In this document: positions 1 to 9,734 of the stretch, in pieces
Position numbering within the stretch: the stretch's first letter is position 1
Layout of the letters: each line of letters begins with the position of its first letter
From: Rhabdothermincola sp.
GTDB taxonomy: Bacteria; Actinomycetota; Acidimicrobiia; Acidimicrobiales; Acidimicrobilacustridaceae
Length of the DNA: 64,000 nt
Direction of reading: 5' to 3'
Assembly (NCBI RefSeq): GCF_036846205.1
Contig: NZ_DAIUCK010000001.1
Location: 4,961-68,960, forward strand
Notes under the pieces: generated by a model
The model's database searches: none
The model's input: the letters and a program-made list of their open reading frames with translations, nothing else
What the model was told of the DNA's origin: nothing
Translations under genes and position numbers: made by a program

Positions 1-1
1 G

Positions 2-376
2 GTGCACGTCGAGGACCTCGCGGCAGCGATCGTCACCGCGCTGGGTCGCCCGGGGGCCATCGGCAAGATCTACGACCTCGCCGGGCCGGCACCGCTGACC
101 CTGCGGGAGGTGATCGAGCAGGCGTACCGGGCCGCCGGCCGCCGGCCGCGGGTGCTCCCCGTCCCCCTCGCGCCCGCGGTCGCCGCCCTGCGCTTGTACG
201 AGCGCCTCACTCCCCGCCCGCGGCTGCGGGCTGAGCAGCTCGAGCGCATCGAGGAGGACAAGGCGTTCGACATCAGCGCCGCTCGCCGCGACCTCGGCTT
301 CGACCCCCGACCGTTCGATACGGGCATCAGCGAAGAAGCGATGCTCCTCGCAGCCGCCGGCCGGTCACGTCCCTGA
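2..376 (+). CDS. NAD-dependent epimerase/dehydratase family protein, C-terminal fragment (5' end outside window)
   Basis: Open at the window edge. The tail resembles SDR-type sugar epimerases (DLAAAIV...YDLAGP...ARRDLGFDP). Its stop shares one nt with the next start (TGATG at 374-378). Confidence 0.65.
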   Translation: MHVEDLAAAIVTALGRPGAIGKIYDLAGPAPLTLREVIEQAYRAAGRRPRVLPVPLAPAVAALRLYERLTPRPRLRAEQLERIEEDKAFDISAARRDLGFDPRPFDTGISEEAMLLAAAGRSRP

Positions 377-2268
377 TGTGCGGGTGGGTCGGGGTGTTCG
401 GAGGTCCGGTCCATCCAGCCGACCTGGCGCGCGCCGGTGCGTCGCTCGCCACCAGAGGCCCCGACGGGTCCGGTGAGCGGGTCTTCGAGCACGGCGGCTT
501 GCGGGGCGGGGTGGCCCATCGGCGGCTGGCTGTCCTCGATCCGAGCGAGGCTGGCGGCCAGCCCATGGTCGACGAGGAACAAGGGGTGTCGCTCGTCTAC
601 AACGGGGAGCTCTACAACGCGCCCGCGCTCCGGCGTGAGCTGGAAGCGCGAGGGGCGCGGTTCCGCTCCCACTCGGACACCGAGGTTCTGCTCCGGGGCT
701 GGCTCGAGTGGGGCGACGCGGTGCTCGACCGCATCGAGGGGATCTTCGCCTTCGCCCTGGCGGACGAGCGCCGCGGCCGGGTCCTGCTGGCCCGGGACCG
801 CACCGGGGTGAAGCCGCTCTACTGGGCGCTACAGAACGGCGAGCTGATCGCCGGCTCCGCACCGCGGGCCCTTCTCGCTCTCCGTCCCGGACTCGGGGCC
901 ACCCTCGACCACGTCGCTCTGGCCCAGTTCCTCACCCTTCTGTGGATCCCCCATCCGCGCACGCCGTGGGCGGCGATCCGCAAGCTCGAGCCGGGGCACG
1001 CCCTCGTCTTCCGAGACGGCCAGCTCACCGATCGTCCCTACTGGACGATGCCCGTGCCGAGTGAGGGGCCACTCGAGGTGGCCCACTTACGGCGGGCCTT
1101 GCGCGAGGTCACCGTGCGGCAGCTGCTCGCCGACGTCGCCGTCGGGGTGCTGTTCTCGGGTGGTCTCGATTCGACCCTCCTGGTCCGGCTCGTGCTCGAG
1201 CACCGGGGCGGGCCGCTCATCGGGCTCACCGCCGGGTATGACACGGCCAGCCAGCGGCTCGAGACCGTGCCCGACGACCTGGTCTTCGCCCGCCAGGTGG
1301 CACGAGCGGATCCCGGACTCGAACTGCGCGAAGTGGGGATCGACGGCAAGGCGTCGACCGCGCTCAGGACCCTCGAACAGCTCGCCCACCACTTCGACGA
1401 CCCTGTGGCTGACCCCGCTGCACTCACCCTGTGGCAGCTGTGCCGGGCGAGCCCCGACAAAGTGCTGCTGAGCGGGGTCGGCGGCGAAGAGCTCTTCGCC
1501 GGGTATCCGCGTCACACGGCGCTACGTCACACCCGACGATTCGCATCCCTTCCCCCACCGGCCCGCCGGGCTCTCGCTGTTGGTGCCCGCTCGCTCGCCG
1601 GCGGGCGGGCCGGCCCGCTCCACGGCGCCCGCCGCAACCTCCAGAAGCTGGCCCGAGGGTGCGGCAGCAGCGCCCCGCCCCACTACTGGCGGATGATGAG
1701 CCAGCTCACCGATCGCGAGCTGGCAGCCCTGGTCCCCACATCCGCGGGTCAGGCCATGGCGGAGCTCGACGACCTCAGCCCCCGCCTGGATCGGGTGGAG
1801 CTGGCTGAGGCCCTGCATTTCGATCGCACGCAGTTCCTCCCGAACCTCAACCTGGCTTACGTCGACAAGGCGGCCATGGCCACCGGAGTCGAGGTGCGAG
1901 TCCCACTCCTGGACGAGCAGCTGGTCACCCTGGTGGCGCCGGCGGACCCGACGGTGTTGGTCGGCGGAGGCACCGGCAAGCGCCCTCTCCGCGAGGCCGC
2001 TCGGGGGATGGTGCCCGACGCGGTCATCGACCGCCCGAAGACCGGCTTCGGCGGTCCGGTCCGTCGCTGGTTCCGAGGCCCGTCTCGGGCCGTGTTGGCG
2101 GAGCGGGTGGAGGCGGCGGCCGACACCGGTCTGGTGGCCAGGCAGGCGGCTCGGCGGATCTACGCTGATGCCGCGACCGGGCGCCAAGACCTCGCCCTGG
2201 CCGCGTGGGCGCTGGTCTGCTTCAGTGCCTGGTTCGACGCGTACGGCCGCCGTGGGGAGCGTGGATGA
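376..2268 (+). CDS. Asparagine synthase (glutamine-hydrolysing) family amidotransferase, paralog 1
   Basis: 630 aa. N-terminal MCGW with the Cys2 nucleophile of class-II glutamine amidotransferases. SGGLDS pyrophosphatase loop (LFSGGLDST). ATGA overlap with the next gene. Confidence 0.85.
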   Translation: MCGWVGVFGGPVHPADLARAGASLATRGPDGSGERVFEHGGLRGGVAHRRLAVLDPSEAGGQPMVDEEQGVSLVYNGELYNAPALRRELEARGARFRSHSDTEVLLRGWLEWGDAVLDRIEGIFAFALADERRGRVLLARDRTGVKPLYWALQNGELIAGSAPRALLALRPGLGATLDHVALAQFLTLLWIPHPRTPWAAIRKLEPGHALVFRDGQLTDRPYWTMPVPSEGPLEVAHLRRALREVTVRQLLADVAVGVLFSGGLDSTLLVRLVLEHRGGPLIGLTAGYDTASQRLETVPDDLVFARQVARADPGLELREVGIDGKASTALRTLEQLAHHFDDPVADPAALTLWQLCRASPDKVLLSGVGGEELFAGYPRHTALRHTRRFASLPPPARRALAVGARSLAGGRAGPLHGARRNLQKLARGCGSSAPPHYWRMMSQLTDRELAALVPTSAGQAMAELDDLSPRLDRVELAEALHFDRTQFLPNLNLAYVDKAAMATGVEVRVPLLDEQLVTLVAPADPTVLVGGGTGKRPLREAARGMVPDAVIDRPKTGFGGPVRRWFRGPSRAVLAERVEAAADTGLVARQAARRIYADAATGRQDLALAAWALVCFSAWFDAYGRRGERG

Positions 2269-4385
2269 AGCAGGTGGTGCAGCCGATCTCCGGTGGCGCG
2301 GTGCGGGTGGTCGACGTGCCCCGGCCCACCATCGGGCCCACCGAGGTGCTGGTGCGCACTCACGCCAGCGTGCTGTCGGCCGGCACCGAGCGCGCGGTGA
2401 CCCGCCTGGCGCGCTCCAACCTGTTCGACAAGGCCCGGGCCAGGCCCGACCTCGTGCGCCAGGTGCTACGCAAGGCTCGCACGGACGGGATCGTCGCCAC
2501 CGCACAGGCGGTTCGCGACCGCCTCGGCGGCGACGTCCCGCTCGGCTACTCCGCCGCTGGTGAGGTGGTCGAGGTCGGCTCCGCCGTGGCCGGGATCACA
2601 CCAGGGATGTTGGTAGCCACCGCCGGGGGAGGCCACGCGAACCACGCCGAGTACCAGGCCGTTCCGGGCCTGCTGTGCGCGCCGGTGCCCGAACCGGTGC
2701 CGGCCACCGACGCAGCCTTCACCACGATCGCCGCCATCGCGTTGCACGGTCTGCGCCTCGGAGGGGTCGAAGCGGGCTCCCGGGTGCTGGTCGTCGGACT
2801 CGGGCTGATCGGCCAGCTCGCGCTACGCCTGGCGATCGCGGCCGGCGCGGACGTCTTCGGCGTGGACCTCGACCCGGCCGCGGTGAACCGGGCACGTCTG
2901 GCTGGCGCGGCCGCGGACGTGGAGCGAGCCGAGACCACCGACCGTCTCGTCCGGGAGTGGTCGCGCGGCCGGGGCGCCGACGTGGTGGTGGTCGCCGCCG
3001 CGTCGAGCTCGTCGTCGGTGATGGCCGCGGTGCCCGCCCGATGCCGTGACCGGGCCGAGGTGGTGGTCGTGGGCGACGTGGGCCTCGAGCTCGACCGGCG
3101 CCCCTTCTACGAGGCCGAGCTGACGGTGCGATTTGCTCGGTCCTACGGTCCCGGACGCTACGACCGCTCCTACGAGGAGTGGGGTGTCGATTACCCCGCC
3201 GGCCAGGTCCGCTGGACTGAGGGGCGCAACCTGGAAGCCGTACTCGACCTGCTCGCCAGTGGCCGCCTGGCCGTGGCCGATCTGGTCACCCACCGGTTCC
3301 CGATCGAGCGAGCGCTCGAGGCGTACGAGGTGCTCGAAGACGACGGCGCCGACGCGGTCGGTGTGCTCCTCACCTATCCCGCGACCCCCGCCCCCGACCA
3401 GCCCATCCGCCTGCGGGCGGCCACCGCAGGCGCCACCCCCGGGGTGGGGCTCATCGGTGCCGGCGCGTTCGCCCGTACGGTCCTCGTTCCCGCGCTGGTC
3501 GCCGCCGGCTTCGAACACCTGGTCTCGGTCAGCTCGGCATCCGGGCTCTCCGCCACCCAGCTCGGCGCGCGGCGCGGCTTCGAGAAGGCCGTCGCCGGGG
3601 CGGGGGCGGTGATCGACGACCCGGCGGTGGACCTGGTGGTGGTCGCCACCCCCCACGATCAACACGCCCAGCTCACCGCGACCGCGCTGCGAGCGGGCAA
3701 ACACGTGTTCACCGAGAAGCCTCTCGCTCTGTCCGAGGACGAGCTGGCCGATGTCGAGGCCGCGCTGGCCGAGAGCGATGGGGTGCTGTTCGTGGGCTTC
3801 AACCGGCGCTGGTCGCGACCCGTCGCGCTGGTCCGCGAACACCTCGGCGCGGGTGGCGGTCCACTGGTCATCACCTACCGGGTGAACGCCGGCCCGCTGC
3901 CGGCCGGACACTGGCTCGCCGATCGGCGCCAGGGTGGGCGCCTCCTCGGCGAGGTCTGCCACTTCGTCGACACCTGCGCGGCGATCGTCGGAGCACCCCC
4001 CGGCCGGGTGGCGGCGATCGGCGGTGGCGGCGACGGGCAGGACCTGATGACGGTCGGTGACCTGGTGGTGGCCCTGGGCTGGCCCGACGGCTCCACCGCG
4101 GCGATCACCTACGCCAGTGACGGCCATTCCGGCACGGAGAAGGAGCGGGTCGACGTGCTCGGCCGAGGTCACACGGCGACCATCGTCGATTTCCACACGG
4201 TCGTGCTCGACGGCCACGAGATCGCCATCCGCCCGCGCGACAAGGGCCACCGGGCTGAGATGATCGCCCTGCGTGAAGCCATGCGGACCGGCGACCGGAG
4301 CGCGTCGAATGCCGCGGTCGCCACCACCCGCGCCACGCTGCAGGCACTCGCCATCCTAGGTGGAGAGGCGAGCCGTGCCGGGTGA
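2265..4385 (+). CDS. Bi-domain oxidoreductase (Zn-ADH/MDR-like N-domain + Gfo/Idh/MocA-like C-domain)
   Basis: Start ATG 2265 overlaps the asnB-like stop. The N half is MDR-like with Rossmann motif VLVVGLGLIGQ. The C half has VGLIGAGAFAR and EKPLA, typical of Gfo/Idh/MocA. Confidence 0.8.
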   Translation: MKQVVQPISGGAVRVVDVPRPTIGPTEVLVRTHASVLSAGTERAVTRLARSNLFDKARARPDLVRQVLRKARTDGIVATAQAVRDRLGGDVPLGYSAAGEVVEVGSAVAGITPGMLVATAGGGHANHAEYQAVPGLLCAPVPEPVPATDAAFTTIAAIALHGLRLGGVEAGSRVLVVGLGLIGQLALRLAIAAGADVFGVDLDPAAVNRARLAGAAADVERAETTDRLVREWSRGRGADVVVVAAASSSSSVMAAVPARCRDRAEVVVVGDVGLELDRRPFYEAELTVRFARSYGPGRYDRSYEEWGVDYPAGQVRWTEGRNLEAVLDLLASGRLAVADLVTHRFPIERALEAYEVLEDDGADAVGVLLTYPATPAPDQPIRLRAATAGATPGVGLIGAGAFARTVLVPALVAAGFEHLVSVSSASGLSATQLGARRGFEKAVAGAGAVIDDPAVDLVVVATPHDQHAQLTATALRAGKHVFTEKPLALSEDELADVEAALAESDGVLFVGFNRRWSRPVALVREHLGAGGGPLVITYRVNAGPLPAGHWLADRRQGGRLLGEVCHFVDTCAAIVGAPPGRVAAIGGGGDGQDLMTVGDLVVALGWPDGSTAAITYASDGHSGTEKERVDVLGRGHTATIVDFHTVVLDGHEIAIRPRDKGHRAEMIALREAMRTGDRSASNAAVATTRATLQALAILGGEASRAG

Positions 4386-5226
4386 CGAGCGCGGCCTTGT
4401 CGCTTGCGTACTCACCTTGAACGAGGAGCGGCGGATCGGGCGCGCCATCGGCTCACTGACCGGCGCGGTGGACCGGGTGGTGGTCGTCGACTCCGAGAGC
4501 ACGGACCGCACCTGCGCCATCGCCGAGGCCGCGGGGGCGGTGGTCGTGCGCCGGGCGTTCACCGGCTATGCGAACCAGCGCAACTGGGCGCTCGAGGAGA
4601 TCGCGTCCCGCTTCGGCGGACGATGGATCTTCACCATGGACGCCGACGAATGGCTGAGCCCGGCACTCCATCGGGAGCTGGCGGCGTTCGACCCCGGGCG
4701 GTGTGCTGCCGACGTGGTGCTCGTCCGGCGGCGTACGCGCTTCGCCGGCCGGGTCCTGCGGCACGGCGGCTTCGGCGAGGTCTGGCTCGCCCGCCTGGTG
4801 CGGGCCGGTGCCACCCGTTACGAGGATCGCGGCGTCAACGAGCACCTGGTGATCCCTCGAGATGCCCGGGTGAGCCGCATGCACGGCTGGCTGGAGCACG
4901 GCGATGTCGACTCCTGGACGGCCTACATCGACAAGCACAACCGCTATTCCACCCTCGAAGCGGCGGCCCGGGTGGCCGGCCAGCAGGGGGGCCGGGGGCC
5001 CAGCGTGCTGGGCGCCTGGCGCGACCCGACGCTCCGCCGGCGGTTCCTCCGCCAGCGGGTCTACGAGCGGTTGCCGGCCCGTCCGGCGCTGCGCTTCCTC
5101 ACCAGCTACCTGGCGCTCGGAGGCTTCCTCGACGGCCGGGCCGGTTTCGACCGGGCGCTGTTCGAGGCCTGGCAGGAGCTCTGCATCGACCTGAAGGCCG
5201 ACGAACTGAGGCGGCGGGGACCGTGA
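4360..5226 (+). CDS. Glycosyltransferase family 2
   Basis: ACVLTLNEERRIGRAIGSL...VVVVDSESTDRT...MDADEW (DxD-like). The start may instead be GTG 4375, overlapping the upstream stop. Confidence 0.8.
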   Translation: MERRAVPGDERGLVACVLTLNEERRIGRAIGSLTGAVDRVVVVDSESTDRTCAIAEAAGAVVVRRAFTGYANQRNWALEEIASRFGGRWIFTMDADEWLSPALHRELAAFDPGRCAADVVLVRRRTRFAGRVLRHGGFGEVWLARLVRAGATRYEDRGVNEHLVIPRDARVSRMHGWLEHGDVDSWTAYIDKHNRYSTLEAAARVAGQQGGRGPSVLGAWRDPTLRRRFLRQRVYERLPARPALRFLTSYLALGGFLDGRAGFDRALFEAWQELCIDLKADELRRRGP

Positions 5227-6797
5227 CCGCCCCCCTCGAGGTCAGGACCGCGGCAGCCCCGAGCCCCGGCAACCAGCTCGTCGGGGCGGCCTACGACCTG
5301 CTCGTCGTCGCAGCCGCGGGGCTGGTGCACTGGCTCGGCCCCGACTCGCTCGAAGCCGCTCTGGGAACCGTCGCGCTGGCCTGGCTGGTCATCTCCCTGC
5401 TCTGCCTGCCGGGGTGGCGGCGAGCGGGCGCGGGATTGTTCATCGGGGTCGCGGTGGTGCTGCTCCTGCGCAACGAACCGGGCTTCCCGCTCAACACCCG
5501 ACTCTGGGCCTTCGCCAGCATCGGAGCCACCTACGCGGGGCTCCGGCTCCTTCCCCTCCAGCGGACGATCTGCTTCCCGCTCGTCCAGCTGTACCTGGTC
5601 GTCCAGCTCGTCTACCTGGTGGTCGCCGCGCTGCTCGCGCAACCCCCGCTGATCTATGCGGACACCTTCACGGTCGACGTGCGAACCGCGGGATTCACCT
5701 ACCTCACCCTCTTCACGGTGGTTCTCGTCGCGACCAGCACCGGGCTCGAACGGGTCCTGGCCCGGCTCGCCCCTGACAAGGCGCCACCTGAGCGCCCCAT
5801 CGTCGCCCGCTCGGCGATGGTGCGGGCCTGGATGCTGATCGCGATCAGCTTGCTCGCCTCCGGCGCGATCCAAGTCCTCGGTCTCAGCTCCTCCTTCGGG
5901 AGTCTCACGACCCTGGTGAAGCTGGCCGGGATCGGTGGTGGGGTCTTGTTGGCACGCTTCTGGCTCGACGGGATCCTGCCCCCGCTCCAGCGCCTGGCCC
6001 TGCTGGTGGCGGCCGGGCTCTACGTCATCAGCGGCCTCGGTTCCGCCGTTCTCTACGAGAGCGCCCTGCCCGCGTACGTCCTGCTCGTGCTCATCGTCGC
6101 GTACCGCCGGTACATCCCGTGGCTGTTCCTCCTGCTCGGTGCGGTGGCGCTGGTCCTCGTCAACGTCTCCAAGACCGAGTTCCGCACCGCCCGGAACACC
6201 ATCGGCATCGAGGGCAGCGCACCCGAGCTCGGTCTCACCTATCTCGACCTGGTGGCCGAGGACCTCTCCCGGGCCGACGAAAACGTCCTCGCCAACTCCG
6301 CTTACCGCTTCGCCAACTACAGCGACCAGCTCGGCTACTTCGTCACCTGGGTGCCGGACCGCTACCCCTACTACGGGTACTCGACCTACCTGAACCTGCC
6401 GAGAGTGCTCATCCCCCGGTTCCTCGACCCCTCCAAACCGACGTACAACGCGGCCAACGAGGTGGGCCGGCGCTACGAGCTCATCAGCGCCTCGGACTTC
6501 ATCACCAGCGTCAACCCCTCCCCCGCAGCTGAGGCCTATGTCGCCGGGGGCACGGGGTTCATGCTGGCGGTGGCGGCGGCGATGGGCGCGTACCTCACCA
6601 TCGCCGGGTTCGTGCTGCGCTCGAGGCGGGTACCGGTCCTGCTCACCGGTGTGCTGATGGCCTTCTCGGTGATGAGCGCGGTCGAATCCGGGGTGCTGAG
6701 CCTGTTCCTCTCCCTCCCCTTCGGTCTGCTGCTCTACCCCCTGATGCGCTGGGTCAGCGCCGAGGGACCTGCAGACCAGCCACGCAGCCTTCGATGA
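5223..6797 (+). CDS. Polytopic membrane protein, Wzy-like glycan polymerase / O-antigen ligase-like (tentative)
   Basis: In-frame GTG 5223 overlaps the GT2 stop (GTGA). About 524 aa with many hydrophobic helices. Lies between glycosyltransferases. The upstream 273 aa of the 797-aa track ORF is an Arg/Pro-rich shadow of the GT2 gene. Confidence 0.5.
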   Translation: MTAPLEVRTAAAPSPGNQLVGAAYDLLVVAAAGLVHWLGPDSLEAALGTVALAWLVISLLCLPGWRRAGAGLFIGVAVVLLLRNEPGFPLNTRLWAFASIGATYAGLRLLPLQRTICFPLVQLYLVVQLVYLVVAALLAQPPLIYADTFTVDVRTAGFTYLTLFTVVLVATSTGLERVLARLAPDKAPPERPIVARSAMVRAWMLIAISLLASGAIQVLGLSSSFGSLTTLVKLAGIGGGVLLARFWLDGILPPLQRLALLVAAGLYVISGLGSAVLYESALPAYVLLVLIVAYRRYIPWLFLLLGAVALVLVNVSKTEFRTARNTIGIEGSAPELGLTYLDLVAEDLSRADENVLANSAYRFANYSDQLGYFVTWVPDRYPYYGYSTYLNLPRVLIPRFLDPSKPTYNAANEVGRRYELISASDFITSVNPSPAAEAYVAGGTGFMLAVAAAMGAYLTIAGFVLRSRRVPVLLTGVLMAFSVMSAVESGVLSLFLSLPFGLLLYPLMRWVSAEGPADQPRSLR

Positions 6798-7887
6798 TGC
6801 CGGCCACGGCGTCGGCATTCGCCCGCCAGTTCAATTCCCGGGCGACGCGCGACGCGGCCTCGAGCCTGGCAACCATCGCGCCCGGGGGGGTCGCGAGGGC
6901 CGCCATCACCGCGTCGGCAGCCGCCTGCGGGTCGTCCGGCGGGAAGAACCAACCGTGCTCGCCCAGCAGCTCGATCGAAGAGCCGATGGCCGACGCGACC
7001 ACCGGTAGCCCGGACGCCATGGCCTCCACCACCGGGAAGCCGAAGGACTCGGTGAACGACGGCAGCACCATGAGGTCCGAGGAGACATACAGGTCCCGAA
7101 CGTGGCGGACCCGGCCAAGCAGTCGGAATCGGTCCTCCACCCCGTGCGCCACGGCCAGGCGGCGGACTCGCTCGACGTAGGCCGGCGCGTCCTGCGGGGC
7201 CACGGTGAGCTCGAGCGTGGCGTCGACCCCCCGATCGATGAGCACCCGGAGCAGCGCCGGAAGCAACTCCTGGTTCTTGTGAGGCGCGCCGTGGCTCACG
7301 GAGAGCAGGCGCAGCGGTTGCGCAGGCGGCCAGGCCCGCTCCACGAACGGGAACTCGACGGTGTCGACCGCGTGGGGCACAGCGACGAGCCGCGACCGCA
7401 CCTGCGGGGTCATGCCCCGCCAGGAGCCGAGATATCTGGCCATCGCCCGGCTGGGCACCACCACCACGCACGCTGACCTCATCTGCGCGTACGCCAACCG
7501 CCGGCGGAGGGCGGCCTCAAACCGGAAACGGCCCGGGCCGTGGCGGCGCACCCACGCCGGATCGAACCAGATCGGATTGCGCTGGTACAGCACCGACGGC
7601 ACCGAGCAGCGCAGCGGTCCCGAGTTCGTCAGGTTCACGACCACGTCGGCATGCTCGGACTGGAGCACCCGAGGCAACGTGACGGACTCCCACCACACCC
7701 GGCGCGCCGGCCCCACTCGAGGTACCGCCCTGATCTGCACGCGGGACGGGACGCTGAGCTCGTCGATGCCCTCGGACACCCAGACCGCAAGCTGCCAGTG
7801 AGGTCGGCGATCGGCCAGGGCGGTGAGGAACGGACCGAGATGGCGAGCGGCACCCCCCATGACCGCACCGACCGCGTTCACGTGCAC
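6754..7887 (-). CDS. Glycosyltransferase family 4 (GT-B, GT1-type C-domain)
   Basis: VHVNAVGAVMGGAARHL N-terminus. C-terminal LPSFTESFGFPVVEAMASGLPVV (EX7E region). GTG 7887 chosen because the upstream gene stops at 7929. Confidence 0.8.
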   Translation of the reverse strand: MHVNAVGAVMGGAARHLGPFLTALADRRPHWQLAVWVSEGIDELSVPSRVQIRAVPRVGPARRVWWESVTLPRVLQSEHADVVVNLTNSGPLRCSVPSVLYQRNPIWFDPAWVRRHGPGRFRFEAALRRRLAYAQMRSACVVVVPSRAMARYLGSWRGMTPQVRSRLVAVPHAVDTVEFPFVERAWPPAQPLRLLSVSHGAPHKNQELLPALLRVLIDRGVDATLELTVAPQDAPAYVERVRRLAVAHGVEDRFRLLGRVRHVRDLYVSSDLMVLPSFTESFGFPVVEAMASGLPVVASAIGSSIELLGEHGWFFPPDDPQAAADAVMAALATPPGAMVARLEAASRVARELNWRANADAVAGIIEGCVAGLQVPRR

Positions 7888-7928
7888 CGCTAGGTGCTCC
7901 CCGCTGCCACCGAGCGGTGTGCCGTCTC

Positions 7929-9734
7929 TCACGATCGGTTTCTCCGGAGCCACCCGTCGAGCACCGCGATGGCCCAGGGCTCCGACCAGCGTGGTGATGC
8001 GCCGGCCCGCCGCAGGATCGGCAGACCGGCCCGGCGGTCGAGGTGCGACCACACCGGTGCCGTGGGCGAGCACGCCTCGGCGACCACGTGCCGAAGGACC
8101 CCGTCTTCCAGCCAACCGCGCATCGGCAGCGAGAACCCGGACTTCGGCCGCCGGGCGAGCCGGCGCAGGTAGCCGTCACCGAGCTCCCGGACCAGCCCCT
8201 CCTTGCCCAGGGGTCGTCGATCACGGGTCGCCGCCGCGAAGAACGCCCGATCCACGTAGGGGACCCGCAGCTCGACCGAGGACGCCATCGAGAACGCGTC
8301 CGCATCGGCGAGCAGCATCGGTTGCAGGTAGGTGGTGAGCTCAGCGGCCGCCATGCGCGCGTAGCCGTCGCGCGGTCCCGGCCGCTCCGAGTAGACAGCT
8401 CCTTCGCGCTCATCCCGGCTCTCGGCGCCATGTCGCCGGCCGAGGAGGGCCTCCACGGTGGACACGGGAAACAGCTCCCGCTGGAGACGCACCACCCCTT
8501 CCGGGGATCTCGGCCCGCCCGAGAGGACCAGTCTGGCCGCCTTGTCCCCGATCAGCGAGCGCGATCGCGCCCCCCGCACGACCCGGTCACGCATGGCCGC
8601 GGCTGCGGATACCTGGTCGAGCGACCGCAGCGCTGGGAGCCATCGCAGCGACGCCGCCAGGCGGTAGCCACCCACCGCCTCGTCCGCGCCGAGCCCAGAC
8701 AAGGCGACCTTGTACCCGGCCGCCCGCACGGCTCGACAGACGAGGAAGGTGTTCAGCCCGTCGATGGTCGGGCGTTGCATCGAGGCCAGGAACGCGTCGA
8801 CGATGCCCTCGTCGATCTCCGCCCGGACGGTGGTGTGCCGGTGGCCGTAGTGCGCCGCGGTGGCGCGGCCGATCGCACTCTCGTCCGCGGGCCCCAGACC
8901 GGCCACGGTCAGGCAGTGCAGCCGCTGGCCGAGCCGGGCCGCTGCCGCTGCCAGCAGCGAGGAGTCGACACCGGCGGAGAGGAGCAGCGCGGTCGGGACA
9001 TCGGCCTCGAGGTGCAATCGGATGGACTCGCCGAGGGCTCGCGCCGCGGTGATGCCACTCCCGTCGGGGGACGGGTCCAGGGCGGGGACTCGCGCCTCGT
9101 CCCGCACCTGCCCGTCAGCGCCGATGCTGATGCACACCCCCGGCGCCACCGCCTCGACGCCGGCGAACGGTGAGCGGTCCGCGGGGATGCTGCCGAACCG
9201 CAGGAAGGACCACAGCGTGGCGGGGTCGAGGTCGGGTGGGGCCCCGAAAGACTCCAGCACCCGCACGTCGGAGGCGAACGCGACCGTGGCGCCCTCCCGC
9301 CGCCAGTGCAGGGGCTTGATGCCGAACGGATCGCGAGCGAGGAACAGCCGGCCGGCACGCTGGTCGACCAGCGCTATGGCGAACATCCCCCGGAACCGGG
9401 CCAGGCACGCGGGACCCTCACGCGCCCAGAGTGCGGGGATGATCTCGCCGTCGCATCCGGAGCGCAGCTCGATGCCATGTGCGGTGGCCAGCTGGCGGAA
9501 GTTGTAGATCTCGCCGTTGAACACCGCGGTGATCGAGCCGTCCGGGCTGGTGAAGGGCTGGTTCCCCGCCGGGGTCAGGTCTCTGATCGCCAGCCGGGTG
9601 TTCCCGAGGACGAAGGGTCCGGCGGGTGCCACCGAGGCGTGGTCGGGACCCCGCCGGGTCTGGGCGCGGTTCATCCCCGCTACCAGCTCGACCCCGCGAC
9701 CATCGGCGTCGAGGACGCCCGCGATGCCACACAC
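7929..9734 (-). CDS. Asparagine synthase (glutamine-hydrolysing) family amidotransferase, paralog 2
   Basis: 601 aa. (GTG)CGIAGV N-terminus with Cys2. LLSAGVDSS variant of the SGGxDS loop. The start abuts the stop of the upstream GT4 (9735). Confidence 0.85.
   Translation of the reverse strand: MCGIAGVLDADGRGVELVAGMNRAQTRRGPDHASVAPAGPFVLGNTRLAIRDLTPAGNQPFTSPDGSITAVFNGEIYNFRQLATAHGIELRSGCDGEIIPALWAREGPACLARFRGMFAIALVDQRAGRLFLARDPFGIKPLHWRREGATVAFASDVRVLESFGAPPDLDPATLWSFLRFGSIPADRSPFAGVEAVAPGVCISIGADGQVRDEARVPALDPSPDGSGITAARALGESIRLHLEADVPTALLLSAGVDSSLLAAAAARLGQRLHCLTVAGLGPADESAIGRATAAHYGHRHTTVRAEIDEGIVDAFLASMQRPTIDGLNTFLVCRAVRAAGYKVALSGLGADEAVGGYRLAASLRWLPALRSLDQVSAAAAMRDRVVRGARSRSLIGDKAARLVLSGGPRSPEGVVRLQRELFPVSTVEALLGRRHGAESRDEREGAVYSERPGPRDGYARMAAAELTTYLQPMLLADADAFSMASSVELRVPYVDRAFFAAATRDRRPLGKEGLVRELGDGYLRRLARRPKSGFSLPMRGWLEDGVLRHVVAEACSPTAPVWSHLDRRAGLPILRRAGASPRWSEPWAIAVLDGWLRRNRS

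Noticed and set aside
4404-5222. N-terminal 273 aa of the 797-aa ORF (4404-6797)
   Set aside because: It overlaps the GT2 gene in another frame and is Arg/Pro/Gly-rich nonsense. The membrane protein plausibly starts at GTG 5223, overlapping the GT2 stop.
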